Origin: Vibrio cholerae ATCC 14035
Lineage (GTDB): Bacteria; Pseudomonadota; Gammaproteobacteria; Enterobacterales; Vibrionaceae
DNA length: 32,000 bases
Direction: 5' to 3'
Assembly: GCF_000621645.1 (NCBI RefSeq)
Contig: NZ_JHXR01000020.1
Span: 30,001 to 62,000, forward strand
Position numbers and translations under genes: made by a program. Shown one piece after another: positions 24,457 through 32,000 of the stretch. The notes beneath the pieces are model-generated. The model had not been told where the DNA came from, made no database searches, and saw only the letters and a list, made by a program, of their open reading frames with translations. Within the stretch, counting starts at the first letter, position 1, and every line of letters begins with the position of its first letter.

Positions 24457-25689
24457 TTAGGCGGTTTGCAACTGAGCCACTTTCTCCGCTGAAATAGGCT
24501 TGGTGATCAGAGCAAGCAGGATACACACGGCCATCATTGCTGCGGAAATGGTGTATGCCAAGTTGTAGCCGCCACCATGAGTCATTGAGTAACCCACGAC
24601 TGCAGCACCAATCGCGCCACCAATGCCCCATGAAGTGTAGAGTACGCCATAGTTGGTGCCGTAATTCTTCAAGCCATAGAATTCTGCCGTGATCGATGGG
24701 AACACCGCCAGTAGCGTACCGTAACCGACGGCGGCAATCGCCGTGCCGATGATTAAGGTAAATTCTGAGTCAAACGTGGCGAACAACACCATGTTTCCAC
24801 CTTGCAGCAAAAATGCCAGCAGTAGAGTACGCACGCCACCAATTTTATCTGACAAGATACCCGCAGCAATGCGACCGCCTGAGTTGAAAATCGCCAAGAT
24901 TGAAGCAAGGTATACCGCGTTTGGTAGGTTTGCTTGCACGCTAGCGATGTTCGTGATGTTACCGATGATCATCAAACCAACAGAAGCGGCAAGAGCATAC
25001 ATCAGCCACAATGCATAAAACTGAGGTGTTTTCAGTATGGCTTTCCAGCTTAAGTTGGCGACTTTGGCGACTACTTTTGCTTCTTGACCGGCTTTCAGTT
25101 TCGGCTCAGCAGGCACATAACCCGCTGGTGGGTTGTTAATCGTACAGGCGAGCGGTACCGCAATCGCCAGTACACCCGCGCCCAGAATCATAAAGCTGGT
25201 TTGAATGCCTAAATGAGTAATCAAGGCTGATGTCAGTGGCGCAAGATAAATCGCTGCCAGACCAAAACCCGCTGCAATCAGGCCATTTACCATGCCTTTT
25301 TTACTTGGGTGGAACCACTTCATAGCGGACGGGGAGAGGCAAGCATAGCCAAAACCGATACCTGCACCCGTCATCACGCCGAAGGTGAGATTGAGCATCA
25401 AAACAGAAGAAGCAAAACCTGAGGCAATCATGCCTAAACCCGTTAAGGTGGTACCTAAAATCAGGATATTACGTGGACCCATGCGGTCTTGCAGAATGCC
25501 AGCAACTAAAAGACAGACAGAAAAAGCGATGGTTGCAATAGCATAAGGGGAAGAGGCATCCGCTGCACTCCAGCCAAAGTCGGTAACTAGGGCTTTATTA
25601 AAAACGCTCCAGGCATAAAGAATGCCAAGACAAAGGTTGATACAGAAACCCGCCAGCAGAATGCGCATAGCTTTATCAATCTTGCTCAT
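24457..25689 (-). CDS. MFS transporter, oxalate/formate antiporter (OFA)-like family
   Basis: 410 aa with 12 predicted TM segments. The N-terminus MRILLAGFCINLCLGILYAWSVF is typical of OFA-type MFS proteins. Confidence 0.8.
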   Translation of the reverse strand: MSKIDKAMRILLAGFCINLCLGILYAWSVFNKALVTDFGWSAADASSPYAIATIAFSVCLLVAGILQDRMGPRNILILGTTLTGLGMIASGFASSVLMLNLTFGVMTGAGIGFGYACLSPSAMKWFHPSKKGMVNGLIAAGFGLAAIYLAPLTSALITHLGIQTSFMILGAGVLAIAVPLACTINNPPAGYVPAEPKLKAGQEAKVVAKVANLSWKAILKTPQFYALWLMYALAASVGLMIIGNITNIASVQANLPNAVYLASILAIFNSGGRIAAGILSDKIGGVRTLLLAFLLQGGNMVLFATFDSEFTLIIGTAIAAVGYGTLLAVFPSITAEFYGLKNYGTNYGVLYTSWGIGGAIGAAVVGYSMTHGGGYNLAYTISAAMMAVCILLALITKPISAEKVAQLQTA

Positions 25690-26111
25690 TATTTGTGATA
25701 CTCAGTAAAAATTAGGATAGACAACCCCGTTATCTGGGATATTTGTTCAAAATAACTTTGCAAAATTCAACAATTCTGGCAAAGCGCGCGGATTATAACC
25801 AATAGCCTTGTGATTGGAATCACTTTTTAAAGACGGATAAAAAATAAATTTCGCTTGTTTCATCACTGTTGTATTTGTGAAGAAATGTGGTGGTTTTTAG
25901 TGAGTCAACCCAATCATTCAGCGTGATGAATCATCAGTAAACATTAAGTGGGGTAATGTTAGCTTCTTGTTTGTAACTATATGTTTATTAAATGATTTGA
26001 CTAATAAGTAAAGCACTTGGTCAAAATAGGGTTAATTCACTTTCTTCCCCCTTCAAAAATTGAAAAAAGCCTCTACTATCGCCCACCTTTTTCAAATAAG
26101 TGGAGATTGAT

Positions 26112-26654
26112 ATGAAGCATAATGCACTAAAAATGGCGCTAATCGCAGTATTGGGTGTCACTTCCTTAACTGGATGTATGGGACAAATGGCAGCGACCGG
26201 ACTGGTCAATAAATTCAATTTAGAAGTGGTGGATAACCGTTACGCCCGTGAAGGCCTGTTTTTGCTGCTTTCACCCGTCTATGGTTTAACCAGTACTGCC
26301 GACCTGTTTATTTTTAACTCGATTGAGTTCTGGACAGGTAAAAACCCAATTTCAGGAAAGTCGCCAGCGGTTGTTGATATTCCTGCCAAAGCGATTATCA
26401 AAGTCAATGGTCAATTGGATCGCTCTTTGACAGAAGCACCACTGAAAGCACAAGTGCGCCCGATCGAAAAAGCAACGCTAGAACAACTTGATTCGCATAC
26501 GCTTCAGATGGAAGTGACCTATGTCGATGGCAGTCATAAAGTATTGCGTGGCGAAAAAGGTCAAGATGAGGTCACTTTTTATCTAGATGGTGAACTCTTT
26601 ACCGTTGTTAGCCAGCAAGAGCTCAATGCTTATATCGAGGCAAGCCAAATTTGA
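26112..26654 (+). CDS. Lipoprotein, DUF3332-like
   Basis: ATG 26112 (SD GTGGAG) gives MKHNALKMALIAVLGVTSLTGC with lipobox LTGC. The conserved stretch VDNRYAREGLFLLLSPVYGLTSTADLFIFNSIEFWTGKNPI matches my recollection of DUF3332. Confidence 0.7.
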   Translation: MKHNALKMALIAVLGVTSLTGCMGQMAATGLVNKFNLEVVDNRYAREGLFLLLSPVYGLTSTADLFIFNSIEFWTGKNPISGKSPAVVDIPAKAIIKVNGQLDRSLTEAPLKAQVRPIEKATLEQLDSHTLQMEVTYVDGSHKVLRGEKGQDEVTFYLDGELFTVVSQQELNAYIEASQI

Positions 26655-26947
26655 TCGTTTGATCGGCAAATGGTTTGGTTCCGACTGCGCATTCAGTCTG
26701 CGAGCAGTACCTCAGCCGCAACAGGTTATGATGAAGAGCCAAGGAGGGTTCACACCTCGGTGAGGTGTGGAAAAGATCACTCATAATCAAAAGGTTGCTT
26801 TTTACGTTGCAATAAAATCTTTCATTTAGTCGATACTGATCGTTTGTATTCCCCTGCTGTCAGCGCCATACTTTCTATTCACCTGCTTTCATTTAATACT
26901 GGCCACCGTCATCGCCCAATAATGTGACTTACAAAGGATATGAGCGA

Positions 26948-28333
26948 ATGGATCATCGCTTTTCGACCAAACTGTTTCTGCTTCTCATGATTGCTTGGCC
27001 GCTTTTATTCGGATCAATGAGTGAGGCTGTAGAGCGCCAAACCTTGACTATTGCCAACTCAAAAGCATGGAAACCCTATTCTTATTTGGATGAACAGGGA
27101 CAGCCTTCTGGCATATTGATTGATTTTTGGTTGGCTTTTGGTGAAGCGAATCATGTCGATATTGAATTCCAACTGATGGATTGGAATGATTCCCTAGAAG
27201 CGGTGAAGCTTGGCAAATCCGATGTTCAAGCTGGTTTGATCCGTTCTGCTTCAAGATTAGCGTATCTCGATTTTGCAGAACCTTTACTGACAATCGATAC
27301 ACAACTCTACGTACACCGCACGTTATTGGGCGATAAATTGGATACGCTGCTATCGGGGGCCATTAACGTCTCATTAGGTGTAGTAAAAGGGGGATTTGAA
27401 CAAGAGTTCATGCAACGAGAATATCCTCAACTTAAGTTGATTGAGTACGCCAACAATGAATTGATGATGTCTGCAGCAAAGCGACGAGAATTAGATGGTT
27501 TTGTGGCCGATACTCAGGTCGCCAATTTCTATATAGTGGTTTCCAATGGCGCGAAAGATTTTACGCCAGTGAAGTTTCTTTATTCAGAGGAATTACGTCC
27601 AGCGGTCGCCAAAGGCAATAGGGATTTATTAGAGCAAGTAGAGCAGGGGTTTGCACAATTAAGTAGCAATGAGAAAAACCGTATTTTAAGTCGATGGGTT
27701 CATATTGAAACGATTTATCCACGTTACTTAATGCCGATTCTCGCTTCAGGTCTCTTACTCAGTATCGTTATTTATACTCTTCAGCTACGGCGTACCGTTC
27801 GATTGCGAACACAGCAACTTGAAGAAGCCAATCAAAAACTCTCCTATTTAGCGAAAACGGATAGCTTGACGGACATTGCTAATCGCCGTTCGTTTTTTGA
27901 ACATCTTGAAGCGGAACAAACACGATCAGGCAGCTTAACGTTGATGGTTTTTGATATTGATGACTTCAAAACCATTAACGATCGCTTTGGGCATGGCGCA
28001 GGAGATAATGCCATCTGTTTCGTGGTTGGGTGTGTGCGACAAGCTTTAGCATCGGATACCTACTTTGCAAGGATTGGTGGTGAAGAGTTTGCTATTGTAG
28101 CGCGTGGTAAAAATGCAGAAGAGTCGCAGCAGTTAGCTGAGCGAATTTGCCAACGAGTTGCAGAAAAAAAGTGGGTAGTGAATGCCCAACACTCTCTGTC
28201 ACTCACCATCAGCCTAGGCTGTGCATTTTACCTACACCCAGCTCGGCCATTCAGTTTGCACGATGCCGATAGCTTAATGTACGAAGGAAAGCGGAATGGA
28301 AAGAACCAGGTTGTCTTTCGTACCTGGTCATAA
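26948..28333 (+). CDS. Membrane diguanylate cyclase: periplasmic solute-binding (PBPb/SBP_bac_3-like) sensor domain, one TM segment, GGDEF (GGEEF) domain
   Basis: I prefer ATG 26948 (AGGA 9 nt upstream) over the track GTG at 26924. There is a signal/TM segment, a ~230-aa periplasmic domain, TM segment LMPILASGLLLSIVIYTLQL, a coiled-coil linker, then the GGDEF domain (DSLTDIANRRSF, FDIDDFKTINDRFGH, RIGGEEFAIV). Confidence 0.85.
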   Translation: MDHRFSTKLFLLLMIAWPLLFGSMSEAVERQTLTIANSKAWKPYSYLDEQGQPSGILIDFWLAFGEANHVDIEFQLMDWNDSLEAVKLGKSDVQAGLIRSASRLAYLDFAEPLLTIDTQLYVHRTLLGDKLDTLLSGAINVSLGVVKGGFEQEFMQREYPQLKLIEYANNELMMSAAKRRELDGFVADTQVANFYIVVSNGAKDFTPVKFLYSEELRPAVAKGNRDLLEQVEQGFAQLSSNEKNRILSRWVHIETIYPRYLMPILASGLLLSIVIYTLQLRRTVRLRTQQLEEANQKLSYLAKTDSLTDIANRRSFFEHLEAEQTRSGSLTLMVFDIDDFKTINDRFGHGAGDNAICFVVGCVRQALASDTYFARIGGEEFAIVARGKNAEESQQLAERICQRVAEKKWVVNAQHSLSLTISLGCAFYLHPARPFSLHDADSLMYEGKRNGKNQVVFRTWS

Positions 28334-28455
28334 CTGCACTCTTTTTAGTCGAAAATTGGATGGTTTGCTCAACTCATAATCAAACAGCATGCAAATGATT
28401 AAAAAGGGGTTTTCTTTTCGTAAGAGTGTGGCATAGTAGCGGCGTCTCTTCGATG

Positions 28456-28531
<76 letters not shown>

Positions 28532-28627
28532 ATATCCTGCACATTACCTCATATCTACCAACGTACAATAGCCTGAATAAATCAAAAAGCTTAAGTTAAC
28601 TTCGTGCATTTTGTTACGAGGTAAATT

Positions 28628-30196
28628 ATGGCGCGAATTGCGTTTACGGCTCCCCATCACAAAGCCAGTGAAACCGGTTTAGATATCCTTCGCCAAAGTG
28701 GAACGGCTTGTGAGGCTATGGTCGCAGCAGCGGCGATGATCGCAGTACAATATCCCCACATGAATAGTATTGGTGGGGATGGTTTTTGGCTTATTGCCGC
28801 TAAAGACAAACCGCCTGTTGCTATTGATGCGTGCGGATCTTCGGCGCAGAGTATTGCTCTGACGGATTATGACCCTGCCCAAGGATTACCACAGCAAGGT
28901 GGTGCCGCAGCACTGACGATGGCGGGAACCATTTCGGGTTGGCAAACGGCGTTGCAGCTCTTTTCATCAGGGATTTCTCTCTCAACCCTGCTTAGTCCTG
29001 CAATTCAAGCGGCAGAGCAGGGAATTCTTACCACTCCGAGTCTTGCCGCGGCAAGTCATAAAACGTGGAACCGATTAGCTAAGTTAGAACCTTTTGCACA
29101 AATCTATTTGAATCCTTTTCGAGATACGCTCAAAGTCGGTGACATTGTCACGCAAAAGGCGCTGGCGAAGACATTGACCCATTTATCCCAGTTTGGGCTT
29201 GACGCTTTTTACCAAGGCGAGTTAGCTCAACAAATGGCTAAAGAGTTGGAAGAGGCAGGAAGCCCCCTACGTTTAGCAGACTTTATCCAGCATAAAGCCA
29301 GTATCGTTACTCCGCTCACTCATAATATGTCCCAAGGCCAGTTCTATAATCTGGGGGCTCCGACTCAAGGGTTAGCCTCGTTATTGATTCTGGGAATTTA
29401 TGATCGACTGGCGCATCAGGCGAGATCGCAAGCCGATCATGTCCATCTGCTCATTGAAGCAACCAAAATTGCGTTTGATATTCGTAATCGAGCGGTTACT
29501 GATGAAAAATACATTCCGACCGCGCTGCAAAATTACCTCATTGCCGAACGAGTCGATAAACTTGCAGAGAAGGTAAATCTCTCTCAAGCTGCAGCTTGGC
29601 CGCAAAAAACGCAACTTGGTGATACTGTCTGGATGGGCGCAGTAGACCGATATGGCACTATGGTAAGTTTTATTCAGAGTATTTACTGGGAGTTTGGTAG
29701 CGGTGTTGTTCTACCTTCTAGTGGAGTGCTCTGGAACATACGTAGCCAAAGTTTTTCTTTGGATCCCGAACACATCAATTGTCTGGCCTCACGTAAAAAG
29801 CCATTTCATACCTTGAATCCTGCCTATGCCGAGCTTAAAGATGGCCGAAGAATGGTTTACGGAACCATGGGCGGAGATGGCCAACCACAAACTCAAGCCT
29901 GTTTGATCAGTCGTTACCTATATCAAGGCGATTCACTGGAGCAATCGATCGCAAAACCCCGTTGGTTATTGGGGAGAACGTGGGGAGATAGCACGACAAA
30001 ACTGCAGATGGAGTCGTCTTTGATGGGGCAACTCGGCACTGAGTTGTCTGCCCGCGGTCATCAAATCAATTCGGTTCCCGATGGTATTGAATTGATGGGG
30101 CATGCAGGAGCGATTGTTGTTGGTACGGATTCCAGCCTTGAAGTCGCAAGCGATCCTCGCAGTGATGGCGCTGCATTACAACTGTGGCTGGAATAA
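28628..30196 (+). CDS. Gamma-glutamyltransferase (GGT / Ntn-hydrolase) family protein without a signal peptide
   Basis: 522 aa with SD GAGG upstream. GGT-family features: GGDGFWLI, the autoprocessing/nucleophile region QLGDTVWMGAVDRYGTMVS, and PFHTLNP...GTMGGDGQPQ. The N-terminus MARIAFTAPHHKASE is not a secretion signal. Confidence 0.8.
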   Translation: MARIAFTAPHHKASETGLDILRQSGTACEAMVAAAAMIAVQYPHMNSIGGDGFWLIAAKDKPPVAIDACGSSAQSIALTDYDPAQGLPQQGGAAALTMAGTISGWQTALQLFSSGISLSTLLSPAIQAAEQGILTTPSLAAASHKTWNRLAKLEPFAQIYLNPFRDTLKVGDIVTQKALAKTLTHLSQFGLDAFYQGELAQQMAKELEEAGSPLRLADFIQHKASIVTPLTHNMSQGQFYNLGAPTQGLASLLILGIYDRLAHQARSQADHVHLLIEATKIAFDIRNRAVTDEKYIPTALQNYLIAERVDKLAEKVNLSQAAAWPQKTQLGDTVWMGAVDRYGTMVSFIQSIYWEFGSGVVLPSSGVLWNIRSQSFSLDPEHINCLASRKKPFHTLNPAYAELKDGRRMVYGTMGGDGQPQTQACLISRYLYQGDSLEQSIAKPRWLLGRTWGDSTTKLQMESSLMGQLGTELSARGHQINSVPDGIELMGHAGAIVVGTDSSLEVASDPRSDGAALQLWLE

Positions 30197-30273
30197 TTCC
30201 CGTAAACAGTACCTTATGCCGGTTAAGTCGATTATTATTTAGAACCCGACAGTAACATGAGAATCAAGATTTG

Positions 30274-31254
30274 ATGAAGTTACCCTTACGCCTAAGCTTT
30301 GGATGTTTACTTGTGATGTCGTTTTCTGCAACGGCAAAAAGCTATGATTTTATTCAAGAACATCTTGAGCAAGCTTTCTCATCAAGTGTGGTTTTGTCGG
30401 ATAGTGATGTTTTTACTGCAGGGTTCAACAATTTTGATCCTAACGATTGGTTTAAAACCGACAATGACAATTTGGGTACACCTGAATCGATTGAAAACCG
30501 CAAGAAATATAAATCGAGTACGCTCCCCATCACACTTGCTTTAAGTGAGGAAGAGGCATATCACCAGCATCAGCTTTTCTTTCGTCTTTCCGCCTCCGTC
30601 ATTGATGATGAATTGAGTATTGCCAATATGCCCGGGGAAACGGAGCGCTATCGTCAATCGGTGCTGGGCGGGGCGATATTTTATCGTTATCAATATCGAC
30701 TAACCGATCACTGGACTTTGACGCCGGCGATTGGAACGCATCTACTCTATTACCGCAACACAGTGACCTATAACAACCCCCAATTTAAAATGCTCTTCTC
30801 GCCGTTAGATGGGCTACTGGTTAACACTTATGCTTGGGCAAACTTGGTCGAGACGAATCTTAAGATTCAGTACGAAGAAGAAAAAAGCTGGGGTCGCTGG
30901 AAGGCCTCATCGGCATGGCACTATTTTGGTGGCTACGGTTGGGGTAAAGCCAATAATGGTGAAGTGGGTAATCCAGAAGGGTGGTATATCGCCAACACCT
31001 TAACGGGTGTTTATGACTTCACTCAGCTTGGCCGTTCCGTTCAATCAATTTATGGCAGTATTAAGCGAGTTGATGTGGGTAGTACACCACAAGAGCCGTT
31101 AGGGACATCCAATTATTATGAGGCGAGTTTTGGTTGGTTAATGACACCGCCTTTTGAGATGGAACTCGTTGACAATATTGGCTTAGGACTGACGTTTAAC
31201 TATGGTAGTGCATTCAAGGGCGGGAGCATTGTGCTGTTTTTCAACCAAGATTAG
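30274..31254 (+). CDS. Secreted protein, putative outer-membrane beta-barrel (function unknown)
   Basis: Signal peptide MKLPLRLSFGCLLVMSFSATA. Tyr/Gly-rich stretches with alternating amphipathic pattern (FYRYQYRLTDHWTLTPAIGTHLLYY, GLGLTFNYGSAFKGGSIVLFF). The C-terminus ...FFNQD is not a canonical terminal-Phe beta-signal, so the barrel call is tentative. Confidence 0.6.
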   Translation: MKLPLRLSFGCLLVMSFSATAKSYDFIQEHLEQAFSSSVVLSDSDVFTAGFNNFDPNDWFKTDNDNLGTPESIENRKKYKSSTLPITLALSEEEAYHQHQLFFRLSASVIDDELSIANMPGETERYRQSVLGGAIFYRYQYRLTDHWTLTPAIGTHLLYYRNTVTYNNPQFKMLFSPLDGLLVNTYAWANLVETNLKIQYEEEKSWGRWKASSAWHYFGGYGWGKANNGEVGNPEGWYIANTLTGVYDFTQLGRSVQSIYGSIKRVDVGSTPQEPLGTSNYYEASFGWLMTPPFEMELVDNIGLGLTFNYGSAFKGGSIVLFFNQD

Positions 31255-32000
31255 CTAGCGACTTTGACACAATTGCGCCCAGCTTGCTTCGCTTTATAAA
31301 GTGCCCCATCCGCTGCTTTGAGTGCCTCAATAGGATGGCGGTACAGCTCAGAATCACACACGCCAATGCTGATGGTAATAGTGACAATGTCACTGTTACT
31401 TTTTCGGCTGCGTTTTTTTGCACCTTCAGCATGACTTTTCGGGCGCTGGTTGGTGTCACGAATCACCAACTCGTAGGACTCAATATCCTGCCGTAAGGCC
31501 TCGATGAAAGGCAAAACCTCCTTTGCCAATTTTCCTTTGTAAATAATCGAGAACTCCTCACCACCATAGCGGTAAACTCGTGCTTTACCGTTGATTTCAC
31601 GTAATCGAGAGGCAACCAGTCTTAATACATCGTCCCCCGTATCATGCCCGTAAGTATCGTTAAACTTCTTGAAATGGTCGACATCGAGCATAGCGAGGGT
31701 AAATTTTCGACCTATATGTTTTAAATCCTGATCAAGCGCTTGCCGACCAGGAATTTGGGTGAGTGGGTCGTTAAATGCCATCTCATAGCCCGCGGAAATG
31801 AGGTAAACCAGAATAAGCAGCCCAGATAAGGTAAACATGATGGTGGAAATATAAGGCACATGAAACAGCACAAACGCATTCATGCTCAATACAATCGAAC
31901 TATAAACCACAACATCAAGAATTTGATTGCGCGTTAATACCGAGATAGCAGCAATACCTGCGAGTGCGACAAGATAGGCAACAACCACCAAGGGTAAGCG
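31251..32000 (-). CDS. Membrane-anchored GGDEF (GGEEF) diguanylate cyclase; the 5' end probably lies beyond the right window edge
   Basis: GGDEF domain: DPLTQIPGRQAL, LDVDHFKKFNDTYGHDTGD, RYGGEEFSIIY, SIGV. TM segments lie upstream. The frame stays open to position 32000. Its stop overlaps the convergent gene stop (31251-31254). Confidence 0.85.
   Translation of the reverse strand, partial: RLPLVVVAYLVALAGIAAISVLTRNQILDVVVYSSIVLSMNAFVLFHVPYISTIMFTLSGLLILVYLISAGYEMAFNDPLTQIPGRQALDQDLKHIGRKFTLAMLDVDHFKKFNDTYGHDTGDDVLRLVASRLREINGKARVYRYGGEEFSIIYKGKLAKEVLPFIEALRQDIESYELVIRDTNQRPKSHAEGAKKRSRKSNSDIVTITISIGVCDSELYRHPIEALKAADGALYKAKQAGRNCVKVAS

Noticed and set aside
24135-24631. Track ORFs 24135-24389 (84 aa) and 24386-24631 (81 aa)
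   Set aside because: The first is translated out of the ERIC repeat and intergenic hairpins. The second is an out-of-frame overlap with the MFS transporter gene. Neither has a ribosome-binding site.
26733-26790. AAGGAGG followed by a perfect 8-bp hairpin (CACACCTC-ggt-GAGGTGTG) and possible 7-11-codon mini-ORFs upstream of the cyclase gene
   Set aside because: The candidate starts are badly spaced from the SD-like sequence and no T-tract follows the hairpin. That is not enough to call a leader peptide or attenuator. I note it only as an unexplained hairpin.

Overview
The window reads as an ordinary Vibrio-type (V. cholerae-like) chromosomal segment. That assignment is my judgement from protein similarity and an ERIC-type repeat; I ran no search. 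I support about 28 protein genes, one tRNA-Gly(UCC), one yybP-ykoY (Mn2+) riboswitch, one ERIC/IRU repeat with an internal insertion, and several intrinsic terminators. Genes left to right:
- partial PFOR (nifJ/ydbK type; missing from the ORF track because it runs off the window edge)
- N-terminally truncated KdpD-like kinase with KdpE-like regulator
- solitary TatA/E paralog
- DedA-family protein
- small secreted protein
- EAL-only phosphodiesterase
- orphan 211-aa ORF
- cytochrome b561 with YceI
- FNT channel fused to a CBS pair
- LysR regulator
- YcdZ (DUF1097)
- stand-alone OLD-family ATPase/Toprim protein (YbjD-like)
- leaderless 5'-nucleotidase-family protein
- unannotated 31-aa membrane peptide
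- riboswitch with TerC/Alx
- DUF1127-like small protein
- PhnA/YjdM
- M50 site-2 protease
- 61-aa protein
- fatty-acid cis/trans isomerase
- OFA-type MFS transporter
- DUF3332-like lipoprotein
- two GGEEF diguanylate cyclases
- leaderless GGT-family protein
- putative beta-barrel protein

I saw no integrase, transposase, CRISPR array, phage genes or toxin-antitoxin pair. Any claim of a novel system here is therefore weak. The best candidates for follow-up are:
- the partner-less OLD-family nuclease
- the orphan Kdp-like two-component pair with no kdpFABC in the window
- the FNT-CBS fusion with its LysR box
- the 31-aa peptide gene directly upstream of the Mn2+ riboswitch
- the domain-less 211-aa ORF between long AT-rich spacers
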